From NCBI GenBank assembly GCA_009692615.1, contig SHYW01000010.1:2670-66669 (forward strand): DNA of 64,000 bases. The letters run 5' to 3'. This DNA comes from Deltaproteobacteria bacterium (GTDB lineage Bacteria > Desulfobacterota > Binatia > UBA9968). The translations under genes and the position numbers were made by a program. Positions 63,242-64,000 of the stretch are shown here, piece after piece; positions within the stretch are counted from its first letter, which is position 1; each line of letters starts with the position of its first letter. Under the pieces are notes generated by a model. It ran no database searches, was not told where the DNA came from, and saw only the letters and a list, made by a program, of their open reading frames with translations.

Positions 63242-64000
63242 CTACCGCACCAACGCGCGATCCAACGGGCCATTGTCACGAAACAATTCCGGCTTGGCGA
63301 AAAACTCCTTCGGCACCGCGCGCCGCGACGCCAAGTCTTTGAGAATATTTTCGATGCCCTTGTCGGGCACGTAGGGCGCCGACTTCACGGTGCGCGCGTG
63401 GGATTCGATGGATTTGCTGACGACGTAACTATCTTTCTCCCGCGTCCATTTGACCAACGAGCGTTCGGCGAAGGCCGAATCTTTTTTGATCACCTGAATG
63501 CCCGCCACATAGGCGGCTAAAAAATCCTCCACCACTTTCGGTTCGCTTTTGACATAGCCACGGCTGGCAGTGACGCAGGCCGACGGATAGACCAGATCGG
63601 TCTTGGTGAGATCGACCAGTACCGGCCAGTTGCGCCGTAGAAACGGCAAAGCGTAACGGGTGTTCAGCGCAGCGACGGCGATGCGACCACTCTCCAACGC
63701 GGTGGCCATCTCCGGCCCCGCGCCCAATTGCAAAATCGTCATGTCCTTGTCGGCATCGAGGCCGACCTGACGCAGCGCCGCGCGCAGATAGAAATGCGTC
63801 GACGATCCGATGCGCGTCACCGCGCTTGATTTACCCTTGAGTTCGGCCGCCGATTTAATTTCCGGCCGGGTAATGAGAAAGATCGGTTCGAGATTGCTCG
63901 GACAAGCGAGCAAAACGAGCTCAGCGCCTTCGACCCGCGCCGCGACAACCGATTCCGCGCCGGCGCCGGAAAATTGCAACTGCCCGCTCATGATTCCCAG
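63242..64000 (-). CDS. NMT1/SsuA-like substrate-binding protein, C-terminal part (N-terminus beyond window end)
   Basis: Track ORF 63242..63991. The protein begins mid-domain (..RPEIKSAAELKGKSSAVTRIGSSTHFYLRAALRQVGLDADKD), so the true start lies past 64000. Confidence 0.75.
   Translation of the reverse strand: MGIMSGQLQFSGAGAESVVAARVEGAELVLLACPSNLEPIFLITRPEIKSAAELKGKSSAVTRIGSSTHFYLRAALRQVGLDADKDMTILQLGAGPEMATALESGRIAVAALNTRYALPFLRRNWPVLVDLTKTDLVYPSACVTASRGYVKSEPKVVEDFLAAYVAGIQVIKKDSAFAERSLVKWTREKDSYVVSKSIESHARTVKSAPYVPDKGIENILKDLASRRAVPKEFFAKPELFRDNGPLDRALVR

Overview
GC-rich bacterial chromosomal segment, probably from an uncultivated or metagenome-assembled organism; no taxon can be assigned from sequence alone. 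Everything here rests on reading the sequence and ORF track by eye; no database search or computation was run. No rRNA, tRNA, CRISPR array, transposase or integrase was recognised.

Gene content:
- 1-12.3 kb, mostly minus strand: partial GTP-PEPCK, a vapBC pair, an M24 peptidase, a TPP enzyme, one solute-binding protein (SBP), and a siroheme and sulfite-reductase cluster (hemD, sirC, cobA, an unknown ORF, sir) headed by an Rrf2 regulator.
- 12.5-22.8 kb: head-to-tail array of eight NMT1/SsuA-like periplasmic SBPs. The window holds 14 of this family and no matching permease or ATPase.
- 23-29 kb: hydrolases, a RES-Xre toxin-antitoxin (TA) pair and an S9 peptidase.
- 29.2-37.9 kb: cargo block with a bicupin, a UbiD decarboxylase, a zinc ribbon, a complete Fe3+-type ABC transporter and another SBP.
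- 38-47 kb: MNT-HEPN TA pair, TauE-like exporter, HAD, two GNATs, a methyltransferase, argJ, an amidohydrolase and a higBA TA pair.
- 47-64 kb: GT87-like membrane protein, HerA-like DUF853 ATPase, two secreted lysine-rich proteins, a metallophosphoesterase, TctC, a 2-hydroxyacid dehydrogenase, more SBPs, an SMP-30-like propeller, a CmcJ-like protein, a Sel1 protein and a topoisomerase VI B/A operon.

Most notable observations:
1. Displaced, diverged copies of the last codons of two genes (S9 peptidase, three copies; amidohydrolase, two copies) bracket the inserted segments. Two of those segments are just TA pairs, and no recombinase is visible.
2. The orphan SBP array sits next to the sulfur cluster.
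3. Four genes carry single lesions: two 1-nt frameshifts, one in-frame TAG and one in-frame TAA.
4. A hairpin with an AACGGAGGG loop and covarying stems lies upstream of both lysine-rich secreted protein genes.
5. Several families of intergenic hairpin repeats are present.
6. The topo VI operon is unusual in a bacterial context.
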